Positions 1-8,448 are shown, numbered from the stretch's first letter. The stretch: DNA of 64,000 nucleotides from Candidatus Omnitrophota bacterium (GCA_043820815.1 JBDRDJ010000004.1:14956-78955), one strand, 5' to 3'. Made by a program: numbers and translations. The notes: generated by a model not told the origin, from the sequence alone.

Positions 1-212
1 ATAAATTAGCGTAAAAATTTCAGAGGAATAAATGAAGTTTATAAAACTAACAAAAAAAGTATTGACCAATAATTTATGGCTGAAGCTTATCTCTTTGATA
101 ATTGCAATAGTGGTTTGGTTTCTGCTTAAGAAGCGGATAACCGGCGGCGGCATGAGTATATAGCTTAATTATTAGAGTACAATACTAATTTATTGTTTTT
201 GCAATATCTAAT

Positions 213-935
213 ATGAGGTTAGGCGTAAACATTGACCATACCGCAACTTTGCGTCAGGCGCGGGGAACAAACTATCCTGACCCGGTTGTTGCAGCAATGG
301 CGGCTGAATACGCCGGATGCGATTCAGTGGTTGCCCATCTGCGGGAAGACAGGCGGCATATAAAAGAACGCGATATCACCCTCATAAAAAAAATTTTAAA
401 AATTCCCCTTAATTTGGAGATGTCGGTTAACAAAGATATTGTGCGCTTTGCCGCTCAGTTAAGGCCGTATCAGGCCACTTTAGTTCCCGAGCGGCGCCAG
501 GAGCTTACAACCGAAGCAGGATTAAATATTAAGAAAAACTATAATAAAATAGAGCGAGCCGTAAACCAATTAAAAGACAAAGGAATAAAAGTCAGTCTTT
601 TTATAGATCCGCAAATATCATCAGTAGGCATAGCCGTTAAGATGGGCGTAGAAATGATAGAGTTTAATACCGGAAAGTATTCAGAATCAAAAACAAAAAC
701 TTCTATCAATAAAGAATTAAAAAGAATAAAAAACGCGGCAGTCTATGCAAAGCAGAACAATCTATCCGTTGCAGCCGGCCACGGGCTGGATTATAAAAAC
801 GTACGAAGGATCGCAAAACTAAAGGAAATAGAGGAGTTAAATATCGGCCATTCAATAATATGCCGGTCAGTATTCGTCGGTATCACTTGGGCAGTCGAAG
901 AAATGCTCGCATTAATAAATAGCCGACAACATTAA
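213..935 (+). CDS. pdxJ: Pyridoxine 5'-phosphate synthase
   Basis: 240-aa ORF; N-terminus MRLGVNIDHTATLRQARG and AHLREDRRHI are PdxJ signature regions. Confidence 0.9.
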   Translation: MRLGVNIDHTATLRQARGTNYPDPVVAAMAAEYAGCDSVVAHLREDRRHIKERDITLIKKILKIPLNLEMSVNKDIVRFAAQLRPYQATLVPERRQELTTEAGLNIKKNYNKIERAVNQLKDKGIKVSLFIDPQISSVGIAVKMGVEMIEFNTGKYSESKTKTSINKELKRIKNAAVYAKQNNLSVAAGHGLDYKNVRRIAKLKEIEELNIGHSIICRSVFVGITWAVEEMLALINSRQH

Positions 936-1054
936 ATCCGAAGCACGAAATCCGAAATTCTAAACGGGTAATATTAATTTTTTCATTCAGAAATTATGTT
1001 TCGATTCGATATTCGGATTTCAGGTTTAATTTGTTAGGAATTTTGGTGACATAA

Positions 1055-1408
1055 ATGGTTATTGGTGTTGGAATAGACATGATTAAAATAGAAAAGATCA
1101 AGAATGCCATTGATAAGTGGGGGCAAAGTTTTATCGATAGGGTATTTAACAAAGAAGAGATTGATAAAATCGCAAGCGGAAAAATGTATTACCAGCGGCT
1201 CGCAGCAAGATTTTGCGCAAAAGAAGCCGTGATCAAGGCTATTTCTAAAGAATTGCCCCTTGCGTTTAAGGACATGCGTATACTTAACAAGGATAACGGT
1301 GCGCCTTACTGTGTTTTTAATAAGGATATCGGGGTAGATATTTTTCTCTCGATTACACACATTGAAGATTATGCGGTTTCCTGTGCGGTTGCCCAAAAGA
1401 AAGCTTGA
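1055..1408 (+). CDS. acpS: Holo-[acyl-carrier-protein] synthase
   Basis: 117-aa ORF; GVGIDMIKIEKI start and FCAKEAVIKA motif typical of AcpS. Confidence 0.85.
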   Translation: MVIGVGIDMIKIEKIKNAIDKWGQSFIDRVFNKEEIDKIASGKMYYQRLAARFCAKEAVIKAISKELPLAFKDMRILNKDNGAPYCVFNKDIGVDIFLSITHIEDYAVSCAVAQKKA

Positions 1409-2225
1409 TACCCATAAAGGTGATTATGGTTTTGTGCTCGTTGCAGGCGGCTCTCCCGGCCTTACAGGTGCTGTTTGCTTGTGTGCAAACGCGGCTTTAA
1501 GAATAGGAGCAGGTTTGGTTAAGGCGGCAGTGCCGCAATCACTTTATGCAATATTTGAAATTAAACTAACTGAAAGCATGACCTTACCGCTTGCGGATAA
1601 GGGGGGTTGTTTCTGCAAGAAGTCTTTTAAAGATTTATCAGGTACACTTGATAGAATTGATACAATTTCTATAGGCCCCGGAGCAGGCTGTAATACTGAA
1701 ACCAAAGAGTTTTTCTATAAAATTATTGAAGAAATCGATAAGCCGATTGTTATAGATGCCGATGCCTTAAACGCTTTAGCTGAGAATATTGATATTCTAA
1801 AAAGGCGCAAATCAAAGAGAATGATTTTAACGCCCCATTTGGGAGAATTTAGCCGGCTAACAGGCATATCCGCCGATAAAATTAAACGGCACAGAAAAGA
1901 ACTTGCTAAAAAGTTCGCCCTTAAGTATAATTTAGTCCTTGTTCTTAAAGGCCAAAGGACGATTGTAACTGATGGCAGGAAGCTCTATGAAAACAGAACA
2001 GGCAATCCCGGCATGGCTACCGCAGGTTCAGGAGATGTTCTTACCGGGATTATTTCAGGGTTGCTGGCCCAGGGTATAGATGTTTTCGATGCGGCAAAAT
2101 TAGGGGTGTATCTGCACGGACTATCCGGTGATTTAGCGGCAAAAGATAAAACGCAATATTGCTTGATCGCCTCAGATATAATCGACTATTTGCCCAAAGC
2201 AATAAAATTTCTGCATGAGAAATAG
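1362..2225 (+). CDS. nnrD: ADP-dependent NAD(P)H-hydrate dehydratase (YjeF C-terminal domain)
   Basis: HKGDYGFVLVAGGSPGLTGA, TPHLGEF and GNPGMATAGSGDVLTG motifs; start uncertain because the ORF overlaps acpS by 47 nt. Confidence 0.8.
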   Translation: MKIMRFPVRLPKRKLDTHKGDYGFVLVAGGSPGLTGAVCLCANAALRIGAGLVKAAVPQSLYAIFEIKLTESMTLPLADKGGCFCKKSFKDLSGTLDRIDTISIGPGAGCNTETKEFFYKIIEEIDKPIVIDADALNALAENIDILKRRKSKRMILTPHLGEFSRLTGISADKIKRHRKELAKKFALKYNLVLVLKGQRTIVTDGRKLYENRTGNPGMATAGSGDVLTGIISGLLAQGIDVFDAAKLGVYLHGLSGDLAAKDKTQYCLIASDIIDYLPKAIKFLHEK

Positions 2226-2268
2226 TATTTATTACGTAATTATTAACGCAATACGCAATCCGAACAAT

Positions 2269-2342
2269 GCCGGCGTAGCTCAATCCGGCAGAGCACCTCA
2301 CTTGTAATGAGGACGTTGGGGGTTCGATTCCTCTCGCCGGCT
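2269..2342 (+). tRNA. tRNA-Thr(TGT)
   Basis: Cloverleaf read by eye: acceptor GCCGGCG/CGCCGGC, anticodon stem CCTCA/TGAGG, loop CT-TGT-AA, T-loop TTCGATT. Confidence 0.85.
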
Positions 2343-2361
2343 TTTAATGAGAAGTTAACTT

Positions 2362-3000
2362 ATGAAAGTATTAGATTATAATTTGGATTACAATAAGGTT
2401 AAGAACCTTTATTGGAATAAAGAACATACTATTAAAGATATTGCTGAAAAACTTAATGTTTCTATTTGGTCTTTGTATGGTTTTATGAATAGAAATAATA
2501 TTCCTCGGAGATCGTCATCCGAAGTTAACTATATAGTAAACAAGGGGAAGCCTCAATTTGAAGTCAAAAAACACCTTAATCACCAAGAGCAAATTCTGAA
2601 AATAGCAGGAATAATGCTTTATTGGGCGGAAGGAACCCTAAAGGGAACGTTTGTTGATTTTGCAAATAGTAATCCGAAGATAATGTGTATTTTCTTGAAT
2701 TTTTTAAGAGATATTTGCGGGGTTAAGGAACAACGGTTAAGGGTTTATCTTTATGCTTATTCTTATCAGAATATCGATGCCTTAAAGAGGTATTGGAGCA
2801 AGGTAACAAATATACCTGTAAATCAATTCACTAAACCGTACATAAGAGAAGGGAATTTAAATATCAGCAAAAGAAAATTACCTTTCGGTTTAATACATGT
2901 ACGGTATAATGATAAACGGTTGCTTGAATTGATAAGTTCTTGGATAGAAGAGTATGCAAATCGGGTAGGTGGCGGAGTGGCCAATCGCACCAGACTGTAA
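2362..3000 (+). CDS. HTH-containing protein, possible LAGLIDADG-like (homing) endonuclease
   Basis: 212-aa ORF between two tRNA genes; N-terminal HTH-like IKDIAEKLNVSIWSLYGFMNRNNI; core IAGIMLYWAEGTLKG...FANSNPKIMCIFLNFL recalls LAGLIDADG-like families (from memory, no HMM run); last 38 nt overlap the tRNA-Tyr 5' exon. Confidence 0.35.
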   Translation: MKVLDYNLDYNKVKNLYWNKEHTIKDIAEKLNVSIWSLYGFMNRNNIPRRSSSEVNYIVNKGKPQFEVKKHLNHQEQILKIAGIMLYWAEGTLKGTFVDFANSNPKIMCIFLNFLRDICGVKEQRLRVYLYAYSYQNIDALKRYWSKVTNIPVNQFTKPYIREGNLNISKRKLPFGLIHVRYNDKRLLELISSWIEEYANRVGGGVANRTRL

Positions 3001-3276
3001 AATTTGCAGCGTCTCGCCGAAAGGCGGGATGGAAAAGTGGGTGAATTCAGGGAAACCCTTTACTTTTACAATGTAAAGGGCAATCCTGAGCCAAGCCTTT
3101 GGCATTATTAATGCCATCGGAAGGTGCAGAGACTAAGTACCCACCGCCTAAGGCCTGAGTCAGCTTTAATCTAAATCAGGCTATGGTGATGAGATAGTCC
3201 AAGCCTTGAGGTAACTTGAGGGCACTTGAAATCTGGCGGACATCGTCCTTCGGAGGTTCGAATCCTCCCCTGCCCA
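2963..3276 (+). tRNA. tRNA-Tyr(GTA) interrupted by a group I intron
   Basis: 5' exon 2963-2998 (acceptor GGGTAGG, D-arm, anticodon stem CCAGA + CTGT). 3' exon 3229-3276 (AAA + TCTGG, long variable arm CGGACATCGTCCTTC, T-arm GGAGG-TTCGAAT-CCTCC, acceptor CCTGCCC + A). Joined exons give loop CT-GTA-AA. Confidence 0.85.
2999..3228 (+). ncRNA. Group I (IC3-like) self-splicing intron in the tRNA-Tyr anticodon loop
   Basis: 230 nt; preceded by exon U and ends in G. Exon CUGU can pair with intron GCAG (3006-3009), giving a U.G at the splice site. Strings TCAGGGAAACC, GGCAATCCTGAGCCAAGCC, CGGAAGGTGCAGAGACTA, ACCCACCGCCTAAGGC, GCTATGG and AGTCCAAGCC match the conserved core of Anabaena tRNA-Leu / Azoarcus tRNA-Ile introns as I recall them. 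Confidence 0.85.
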
Positions 3277-3297
3277 TTTTCTTTCGTTCAGCGGAAT

Positions 3298-3368
3298 GCG
3301 GGCGTAGTTCAGTGGTAGAACACAGGCCTTCCAAGCCTGTTATGTCGGTTCGATCCCGATCGCCCGCT
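3298..3368 (+). tRNA. tRNA-Gly(TCC)
   Basis: Acceptor GCGGGCG/CGCCCGC, anticodon stem CAGGC/GCCTG, loop CT-TCC-AA, T-loop TTCGATC. Confidence 0.85.
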
Positions 3369-3413
3369 TATTTAATTCGCACAGGCTTATTCCAATATTC
3401 TAAGAAAGTCAAA

Positions 3414-4421
3414 ATGACGAGGCCGTCTGCAGTTACAATTATCGGAGCAGGAAATTGGGGTACCACCTTAGCTGTCTTGCTCTCGGGCAAAGGATTAGGC
3501 GTTTGCCTTCATAGCGTATTTAAAGACCACAACAGCGCATTACAAAATGAACGCCAAAACAAACTCTTTCTAAAAGGCGTAAAATTCCCCTCCAGGCTGA
3601 AAATAGAGCCATCCCTTAAAGATGCCCTTGGCAGTGAAATAATCGTTATTGCTGTTCCTGTCAGATTTATTAATAAAGTTCTAAAGAAAATTAAGTCCTC
3701 ACGGATAAATCTTTCTAATAAAATATTTGTCAGCGTCAGCAAGGGCATAGAAGTAAAATCATTAAAAAGAGTATCTGAGCTTATAAGGCTGGAATTAGGC
3801 AATGTAAAAATTGCTGTTCTTTCCGGTCCAAATATTGCCTGGGAAGTAGTTAAAGAGATTCCAACTGCATCTGTCATAGCTTCTGCAAATAATAAAGTTG
3901 CAGAAAAATTGCAAGTTTTATTCTCAACGTCATCTTTTCGAGTTTATAAACATAGAGATATTGTCGGAATAGAGCTGGCAGGAGCACTTAAAAATATCAT
4001 AGCTATTGCCTGTGGAATTTCTGACGGCCTTGGATTCGGTTCGAATACTAAGGCAGCTCTGGTAACGAGGGGGCTGGTTGAAATAACCCGCTTAGGCAAA
4101 GTGTTAGGCGCCGAAACTAGCACTTTCTCTGGCCTTAGCGGTTTAGGGGATGTAGTTACTACTTGTTTCTCTCCGCATTCGCGTAACAGGACGCTTGGCG
4201 AGAAAATCGGTAACGGCAAGAGGTTAAAAGCTATACTTAAAGAAATGAAGGAAGTGGCCGAAGGAATCGAAACAGTTAAATCAGCCTACTGCTTAAGCAG
4301 GAAATTTGCCATTGATATGCCTATAACCGAACAGGTTTATGCTGTTTTATATAGAAATAAATCTCCTAAAAGGGCAGTTTGTGATTTAATGGGCAGGCCT
4401 CTTAAATTAGAAAAATCCTAA
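3414..4421 (+). CDS. gpsA: NAD(P)H-dependent glycerol-3-phosphate dehydrogenase
   Basis: Track ORF 3216-4421 reads through two tRNA genes; realistic start is ATG 3414 (MTRPSAVTIIGAGNWGTTLA Rossmann motif); GALKNIIAIACGISDG motif. Confidence 0.9.
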   Translation: MTRPSAVTIIGAGNWGTTLAVLLSGKGLGVCLHSVFKDHNSALQNERQNKLFLKGVKFPSRLKIEPSLKDALGSEIIVIAVPVRFINKVLKKIKSSRINLSNKIFVSVSKGIEVKSLKRVSELIRLELGNVKIAVLSGPNIAWEVVKEIPTASVIASANNKVAEKLQVLFSTSSFRVYKHRDIVGIELAGALKNIIAIACGISDGLGFGSNTKAALVTRGLVEITRLGKVLGAETSTFSGLSGLGDVVTTCFSPHSRNRTLGEKIGNGKRLKAILKEMKEVAEGIETVKSAYCLSRKFAIDMPITEQVYAVLYRNKSPKRAVCDLMGRPLKLEKS

Positions 4422-4547
4422 TCATTTGTTTTAATACTTTTCTTGAAAATATTTCATACAGAGTTAAAATTAATGTGTTATTGTAGAAAAAACAACCCTT
4501 GACATAGTTGGGGGATAGAGTTATTGTCAGATTGCAGGGAGGTTATT

Positions 4548-4727
4548 ATGAGAAATATAATTTTAACGCTGGTTGTAACTTTTTTTATTATGCTAACTGG
4601 ATGTGCAACATATATTGGTACCGATAATACAAAAAGCCGTGTATTTTCCCTGGGTATGTCTGAGGCAGACATCATTGAGACTATCGAACGTGCCGTAGGC
4701 AATGTTGATAAGGCCGAAAGCGAATGA
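4548..4727 (+). CDS. Small lipoprotein
   Basis: GGGAGG RBS 6 nt before ATG 4548; signal peptide ending in lipobox LTGC. Confidence 0.5.
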   Translation: MRNIILTLVVTFFIMLTGCATYIGTDNTKSRVFSLGMSEADIIETIERAVGNVDKAESE

Positions 4728-4730
4728 TAA

Positions 4731-4919
4731 ATGGTAGATTTTACCAAGGCAGAAACAATAGTCTTCTTAGCCGTTTTTAACTTGCTCGCTGTAGGTGTTC
4801 TTTTAAATGCTCATAGAAATAAAAAAGAACTAAAGCGTAACAAGAGAGCACTGGTATCTTTGATCATTGTGGAAGCTGTCTTGATAGCTGTTCTTTTTAT
4901 TAAGAAGTTATTGCTGTAA
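4731..4919 (+). CDS. Small membrane protein
   Basis: 62-aa ORF with two hydrophobic segments, immediately after the lipoprotein gene. Confidence 0.35.
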   Translation: MVDFTKAETIVFLAVFNLLAVGVLLNAHRNKKELKRNKRALVSLIIVEAVLIAVLFIKKLLL

Positions 4920-5051
4920 GATATTTGATAAGGTTTTTAAGTAAATATTTATGCTTTTATAAGATCTCTCGCTTCGCTCGAGATCAATTCGGCTATGTCA
5001 TTTCTCTTCACCTTCGGTTTGAGAAATGACGGCCTCATTGAAGGAGGTAAT

Positions 5052-5615
5052 ATGTCCAAAGAGAAATTTACCCGCAGAAAATACTTTATTAATCGTTCAG
5101 TCCAGCTCAGGTATATAATGATGAGTGTATTGCCTGCGTTAATAGTTGCTGTTGTATGCACATTTATTGTAGTCAGGACCGGTGAATTTACTCTTTCTGC
5201 AGCAAGCAATCGGCTTTCTCTGGAAATGACTTCTTTTAACAGAGTTCTTAAAAATCTAGTTAGCGAAGATGTTTCAAGAGAAAATGTTGCTAAAATTGTA
5301 ATCCAGCTAAAAGGCGAGCTTTTATCTTTTAACAATGCCTTGAGATCCACATACTTAGACACTTTAGAAGAATGGCGCGATACGCAATTGCTCGTTGTTT
5401 CTGCGGTTTTGCTCATGCTTATATGCGTGGGGGTGCTTTCTTTGCTCTATTCGCATAGGATTGTCGGACCAATTTATAGGATCGAGAAATATATCGAAAT
5501 GCTCGCCGAAGATAAAGATATACCACCTGTTAAAATCCGCTCAACAGATGAATTTCAGCATATAGCCGAGTCTTTAGAGAAGTTAAGGCAGAGACTTAAA
5601 AATAAAGGTGCTTGA
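5052..5615 (+). CDS. Membrane protein with HAMP-like linker
   Basis: GAAGGAGG RBS before ATG 5052; two TM segments; RIVGPIYRIEKYIEMLAEDKDIPPVKIRSTDEFQHIAESL resembles a HAMP domain. Confidence 0.45.
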   Translation: MSKEKFTRRKYFINRSVQLRYIMMSVLPALIVAVVCTFIVVRTGEFTLSAASNRLSLEMTSFNRVLKNLVSEDVSRENVAKIVIQLKGELLSFNNALRSTYLDTLEEWRDTQLLVVSAVLLMLICVGVLSLLYSHRIVGPIYRIEKYIEMLAEDKDIPPVKIRSTDEFQHIAESLEKLRQRLKNKGA

Positions 5616-5659
5616 TGTCTGTAGGTAGAAGAAAAATATTTTTAGGAAAATATAGTTCA

Positions 5660-6058
5660 ATGAGTTCGAAAGCGCGAAGCTCTTTTACATTAATCGAATT
5701 AGTCATTATCATCATTATTTTAGTAATTCTTCTTGGTATTTCAATTACCCGCATTATAGATTTAGCCCAGCGGGCGAAGAATGTTTCTGAAGAAGCTACT
5801 GTTAATGCCGTAAGGCAGAGCATACAGATGTATTACTTCGAATCGATAGTTAAAGATAGAGATCCTCTGTATCCTGCAGGGCTTGAGCCTGCTTTAGCCG
5901 GTGTTTTTGCATCGCAGCAAAACCCTTTCTTTATAAATATACTCGAATCCACGGGAGCCGTGCATAGAGATTGGTATAAAATTAGCGATACAGCTTACAA
6001 AGGCCCCGCGGGAAGTATTTATACCTACAATAGCACTACCGGAGAATTTAAGGAATAA
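5660..6058 (+). CDS. Type IV pilin / pseudopilin-like protein (prepilin N-terminal methylation motif)
   Basis: SSFTLIELVIIIIILVILLGI = G/S-FTLIEL class III signal; start taken at Met17 of the track ORF. Confidence 0.7.
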   Translation: MSSKARSSFTLIELVIIIIILVILLGISITRIIDLAQRAKNVSEEATVNAVRQSIQMYYFESIVKDRDPLYPAGLEPALAGVFASQQNPFFINILESTGAVHRDWYKISDTAYKGPAGSIYTYNSTTGEFKE

Positions 6059-6086
6059 TTCCCGCTGTGTCCGAAAAAATCCCCTC

Positions 6087-6382
6087 ATGAAAGCATTTAC
6101 CTTGATTGAGTTGATAATGGTTATGGTTATTATCGGGATCATGGCCGCTATAGCCATCCCGCATTTTATTGATTTACGCGGCCAATCACGCAAGGTGATT
6201 GGCCGCAAGACGGTTTTCCCATAGCAAGCCAGCTTCAAAGTGATAATACTTATTTTGCGGACGCATTTTTTGTTGACGGAAACCTTCCGCCCGCGGATCA
6301 TATTGTGGCTGCGGTAAAAGATTGGTCAGCATATTACAACGAAACCAACGGTGTTATTAATCTAGAAGCCGCCTGTCCTTAG
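6087..6382 (+). pseudogene. Prepilin-type protein interrupted by a frameshift
   Basis: MKAFTLIELIMVMVIIGIMAAIAIPHF reads to TAG 6222-6224; the -1 frame is open from 6173 to TAG 6380-6382 (…GDWPQDGFPIASQLQSDNTYFADAFFVDGNLPPADH…). Confidence 0.55.
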
Positions 6383-6423
6383 TGTAATTCTTCAATCAAA
6401 ACTGCCAAAGTTTGAATTTCAAC

Positions 6424-6480
6424 TTGACATGTTAAGTAATATGTTGTAAAATTTAATTGGTAATGGGAGTCATTACCAAT
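6424..6480 (+). promoter_or_regulatory. Promoter plus palindromic operator upstream of the fur-family gene
   Basis: TTGACA 6424-6429, 17-nt spacer, TAAAAT 6447-6452. Perfect inverted repeat ATTGGTAATG-ggagt-CATTACCAAT at 6456-6480, just downstream of the -10. Confidence 0.6.
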
Positions 6481-6502
6481 AAGAACGACCGAAGGAGGCA
6501 AG

Positions 6503-6979
6503 ATGCCCAGAGGTTTTAGAAAAGTAGGCGCGTGGTGTCATGGTAGATTTAGAGGGTATGGGTATAGGTTAACACAATCTCGCCAGGTTATTTTAGATGT
6601 TTTGAGCAAAACATCAGAGCATTTAAGCGCGGAAGAGATATACCATTACGTCCACAAAATCTATCCATCCAGCGGTATGTCAACAGTTTACAGGACATTG
6701 GAGTTGTTAGTTCAGTTACAGCTGGTTTATAAATTTGATTTTGGCGACGGCAGGGCAAGATATGAGTTAAATAGAGGCATAGAGGATAAAGAGGACCATC
6801 ATCACCATTTAATATGTATTAATTGCCAAAGAATAATTAACTATACTGATTTTATTGATGAAGAAGTAGAATTATTAAAAAGAACAGAAAATGGCCTTTC
6901 TAAAAAGTATAATTTTCAGATTATGAAACATATATTGCAGTTTTACGGATTGTGTGAGAGGTGTAAAGACAAGAGGTAA
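6503..6979 (+). CDS. Fur-family metalloregulator (Fur/Zur/PerR)
   Basis: Winged-helix MSTVYRTLELL, HHHHLICINC…CERC metal-site motifs. Confidence 0.85.
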   Translation: MPRGFRKVGAWCHGRFRGYGYRLTQSRQVILDVLSKTSEHLSAEEIYHYVHKIYPSSGMSTVYRTLELLVQLQLVYKFDFGDGRARYELNRGIEDKEDHHHHLICINCQRIINYTDFIDEEVELLKRTENGLSKKYNFQIMKHILQFYGLCERCKDKR

Positions 6980-7040
6980 ATTTTTTTGCCTCTTAATGAG
7001 AATGACTCCCATTAACAAGTAAAAAAAGGAGGTGATTAAG

Positions 7041-7424
7041 ATGCCAGGTTTTGATGGAACAGGGCCAAGAGGCGAGGGGCCGTTCACCGGTGGAGGCAGA
7101 GGTTATTGTGTGGGTTATCCTGCACAGACACCCGCACGCGGTGCCGTTTTTGCCGGCAGGCAGGGATTCGGTTATGGCCGTGGATTTGGTAGAGGTTTTG
7201 GTAGAGGACGAGGATTCGGACGTGGTTTTGGCCGGCGTTGGCCAGTATCTCCTTATCCATATGGCGCTCCATACGGAAATCCTTATGGAGTTCCGGCTAT
7301 TTCTGCTCAAGATGAAGCTCGAGATTTAAAAGAAGAAGCTCGTGCTATGCAGGATGAAATAGCCGCGATTAATCAACGCATTAAAGAGTTGGAATCTAAC
7401 GCGGCCTCGGAAGGCAATGAGTAA
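7041..7424 (+). CDS. DUF5320-family protein
   Basis: MPGFDGTGPRGEGPFTGGGRGYC N-terminus, GRGFG repeats, C-terminal coiled coil; GGAGGTG RBS before ATG 7041. Confidence 0.7.
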   Translation: MPGFDGTGPRGEGPFTGGGRGYCVGYPAQTPARGAVFAGRQGFGYGRGFGRGFGRGRGFGRGFGRRWPVSPYPYGAPYGNPYGVPAISAQDEARDLKEEARAMQDEIAAINQRIKELESNAASEGNE

Positions 7425-7502
7425 AGAGAATGGATAGGTGAGAGTATAGCTCTCGAAGGGGTTTTATTCTCACCTATTCCTTAGTTTAAAAGGAGGTATA
7501 TT

Positions 7503-7901
7503 TTGAAAGTAGCGATTTCAACAGACGGTGATTTGGTATCGGCTCATTTTGGCCGCTGCCCTTCCTTTACTATTGTGGAGTTTGAAAACAATAAAGTGAT
7601 AAGTAAACATATTATTGATAATCCAGGGCATCATCCGGGGTTTTTGCCGCAGTTTCTAAAGGAAAAAGGGGTAAACGTTATTATTGCCGGCGGTATGGGA
7701 CAGAGGGCGCAAATGCTATTTGATGAAAACAGAATTAAAACAATAATGGGAATTAGCGGTAGAGTAGATGAAATAGTTAATCAAGCCGTGGCAGGAACGC
7801 TTCAAGGCGGAGAAAGCCTTTGTAGGCCCGGGGCGGGAAAAGGGTATGGTGTAGAAAAGACAGCTTGTGATCATCCTAATGAAGACAATTGTGAGCATTA
7901 A
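7503..7901 (+). CDS. NifX/NifB-like (dinitrogenase FeMo-cofactor biosynthesis domain) protein
   Basis: MKVAISTDG…SAHFGRCPSFTIVE…VIIAGGMGQRA; TTG start 6 nt after AGGAGG. Confidence 0.75.
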   Translation: MKVAISTDGDLVSAHFGRCPSFTIVEFENNKVISKHIIDNPGHHPGFLPQFLKEKGVNVIIAGGMGQRAQMLFDENRIKTIMGISGRVDEIVNQAVAGTLQGGESLCRPGAGKGYGVEKTACDHPNEDNCEH

Positions 7902-8011
7902 AAATCGTCCGGTCGCCTGTATATCGGGAAAATTTTTTCAATATTTTCCCGAAGCGGCTCGGACATAATTCGTCCCGACGTTACGTCGGGACTCATTTAG
8001 GAGGTAAGTTT

Positions 8012-8161
8012 ATGAAAATTTGTATCACGTCGCAAGGAGATAGTTTAGATTCAGCGGTTGATTCGCGTTTTGGACGGTGTCAATATTTCATTATTGCCGA
8101 TACGGAATCAGAAGATTTTGAGTCAGTTAAGAATCCTAATATGGATAGTATGGGCGGGTGA
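8012..8161 (+). pseudogene. Truncated second NifX/NifB-like gene (49 codons)
   Basis: MKICITSQGDSLDSAVDSRFGRCQYFIIADTE… stops at MGG* where family members continue for another ~60 aa. Confidence 0.5.
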
Positions 8162-8241
8162 TGGAACCATAGCCGCGTTAGAAGTCATCCATAACTTGAT
8201 ACCACGGCATTATTTGGGTTAAAGAAACAGGGAGGTATGAT

Positions 8242-8448
8242 ATGCCTGTATATACTTTTATTTGTAAAGATTGCGGTGAGAAATTTGATTTATTAATAGG
8301 GGTAACATCTGAAGATGCAGAATTGAAATGCGGTAAGTGCGGCAGTAAGAAGGTTGAAAAGGTATTCAGCAATTTTAGTGTAGGGAGTTCTCACGGTAAG
8401 TCAGATCCTTATGGCGGGACATGTCCCACGGGAACCTGTAATCTTTAG
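8242..8448 (+). CDS. FmdB-family zinc-ribbon protein
   Basis: MPVYTFICKDCGEKF…KCGKCGS (CxxC…CxxC). Confidence 0.8.
   Translation: MPVYTFICKDCGEKFDLLIGVTSEDAELKCGKCGSKKVEKVFSNFSVGSSHGKSDPYGGTCPTGTCNL

Noticed and set aside
32-163. 43-codon ORF MKFIKLTKKVLTNNLWLKLISLIIAIVVWFLLKKRITGGGMSI*
   Set aside because: It resembles the N-terminal TM region of YbbR/CdaR-like proteins but is far too short, and no domain follows. It cannot be supported as a gene.
1034-1396. Antisense or internal ORFs such as 1034-1396(-), 3509-3877(-), 11402-11701(+), 23310-23855(+), 33242-33724(-), 41557-41838(-) and 58747-59145(-)
   Set aside because: All lie inside, or antisense to, ORFs with recognisable products or motifs. 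They lack an RBS and have atypical composition.
3216-3413. N-terminal 66 codons of track ORF 3216-4421
   Set aside because: This stretch is the 3' exon of tRNA-Tyr plus tRNA-Gly read as protein (…GGSNPPLP…SSVVEHRPSKP…). gpsA starts at ATG 3414.
6222-6224. In-frame TAG read-through or recoding in the pilin gene
   Set aside because: On recounting, the pilin-like continuation is in the -1 frame rather than in-frame with the TAG. TAG also serves as a normal stop elsewhere (for example 8446-8448 and 34791-34793).
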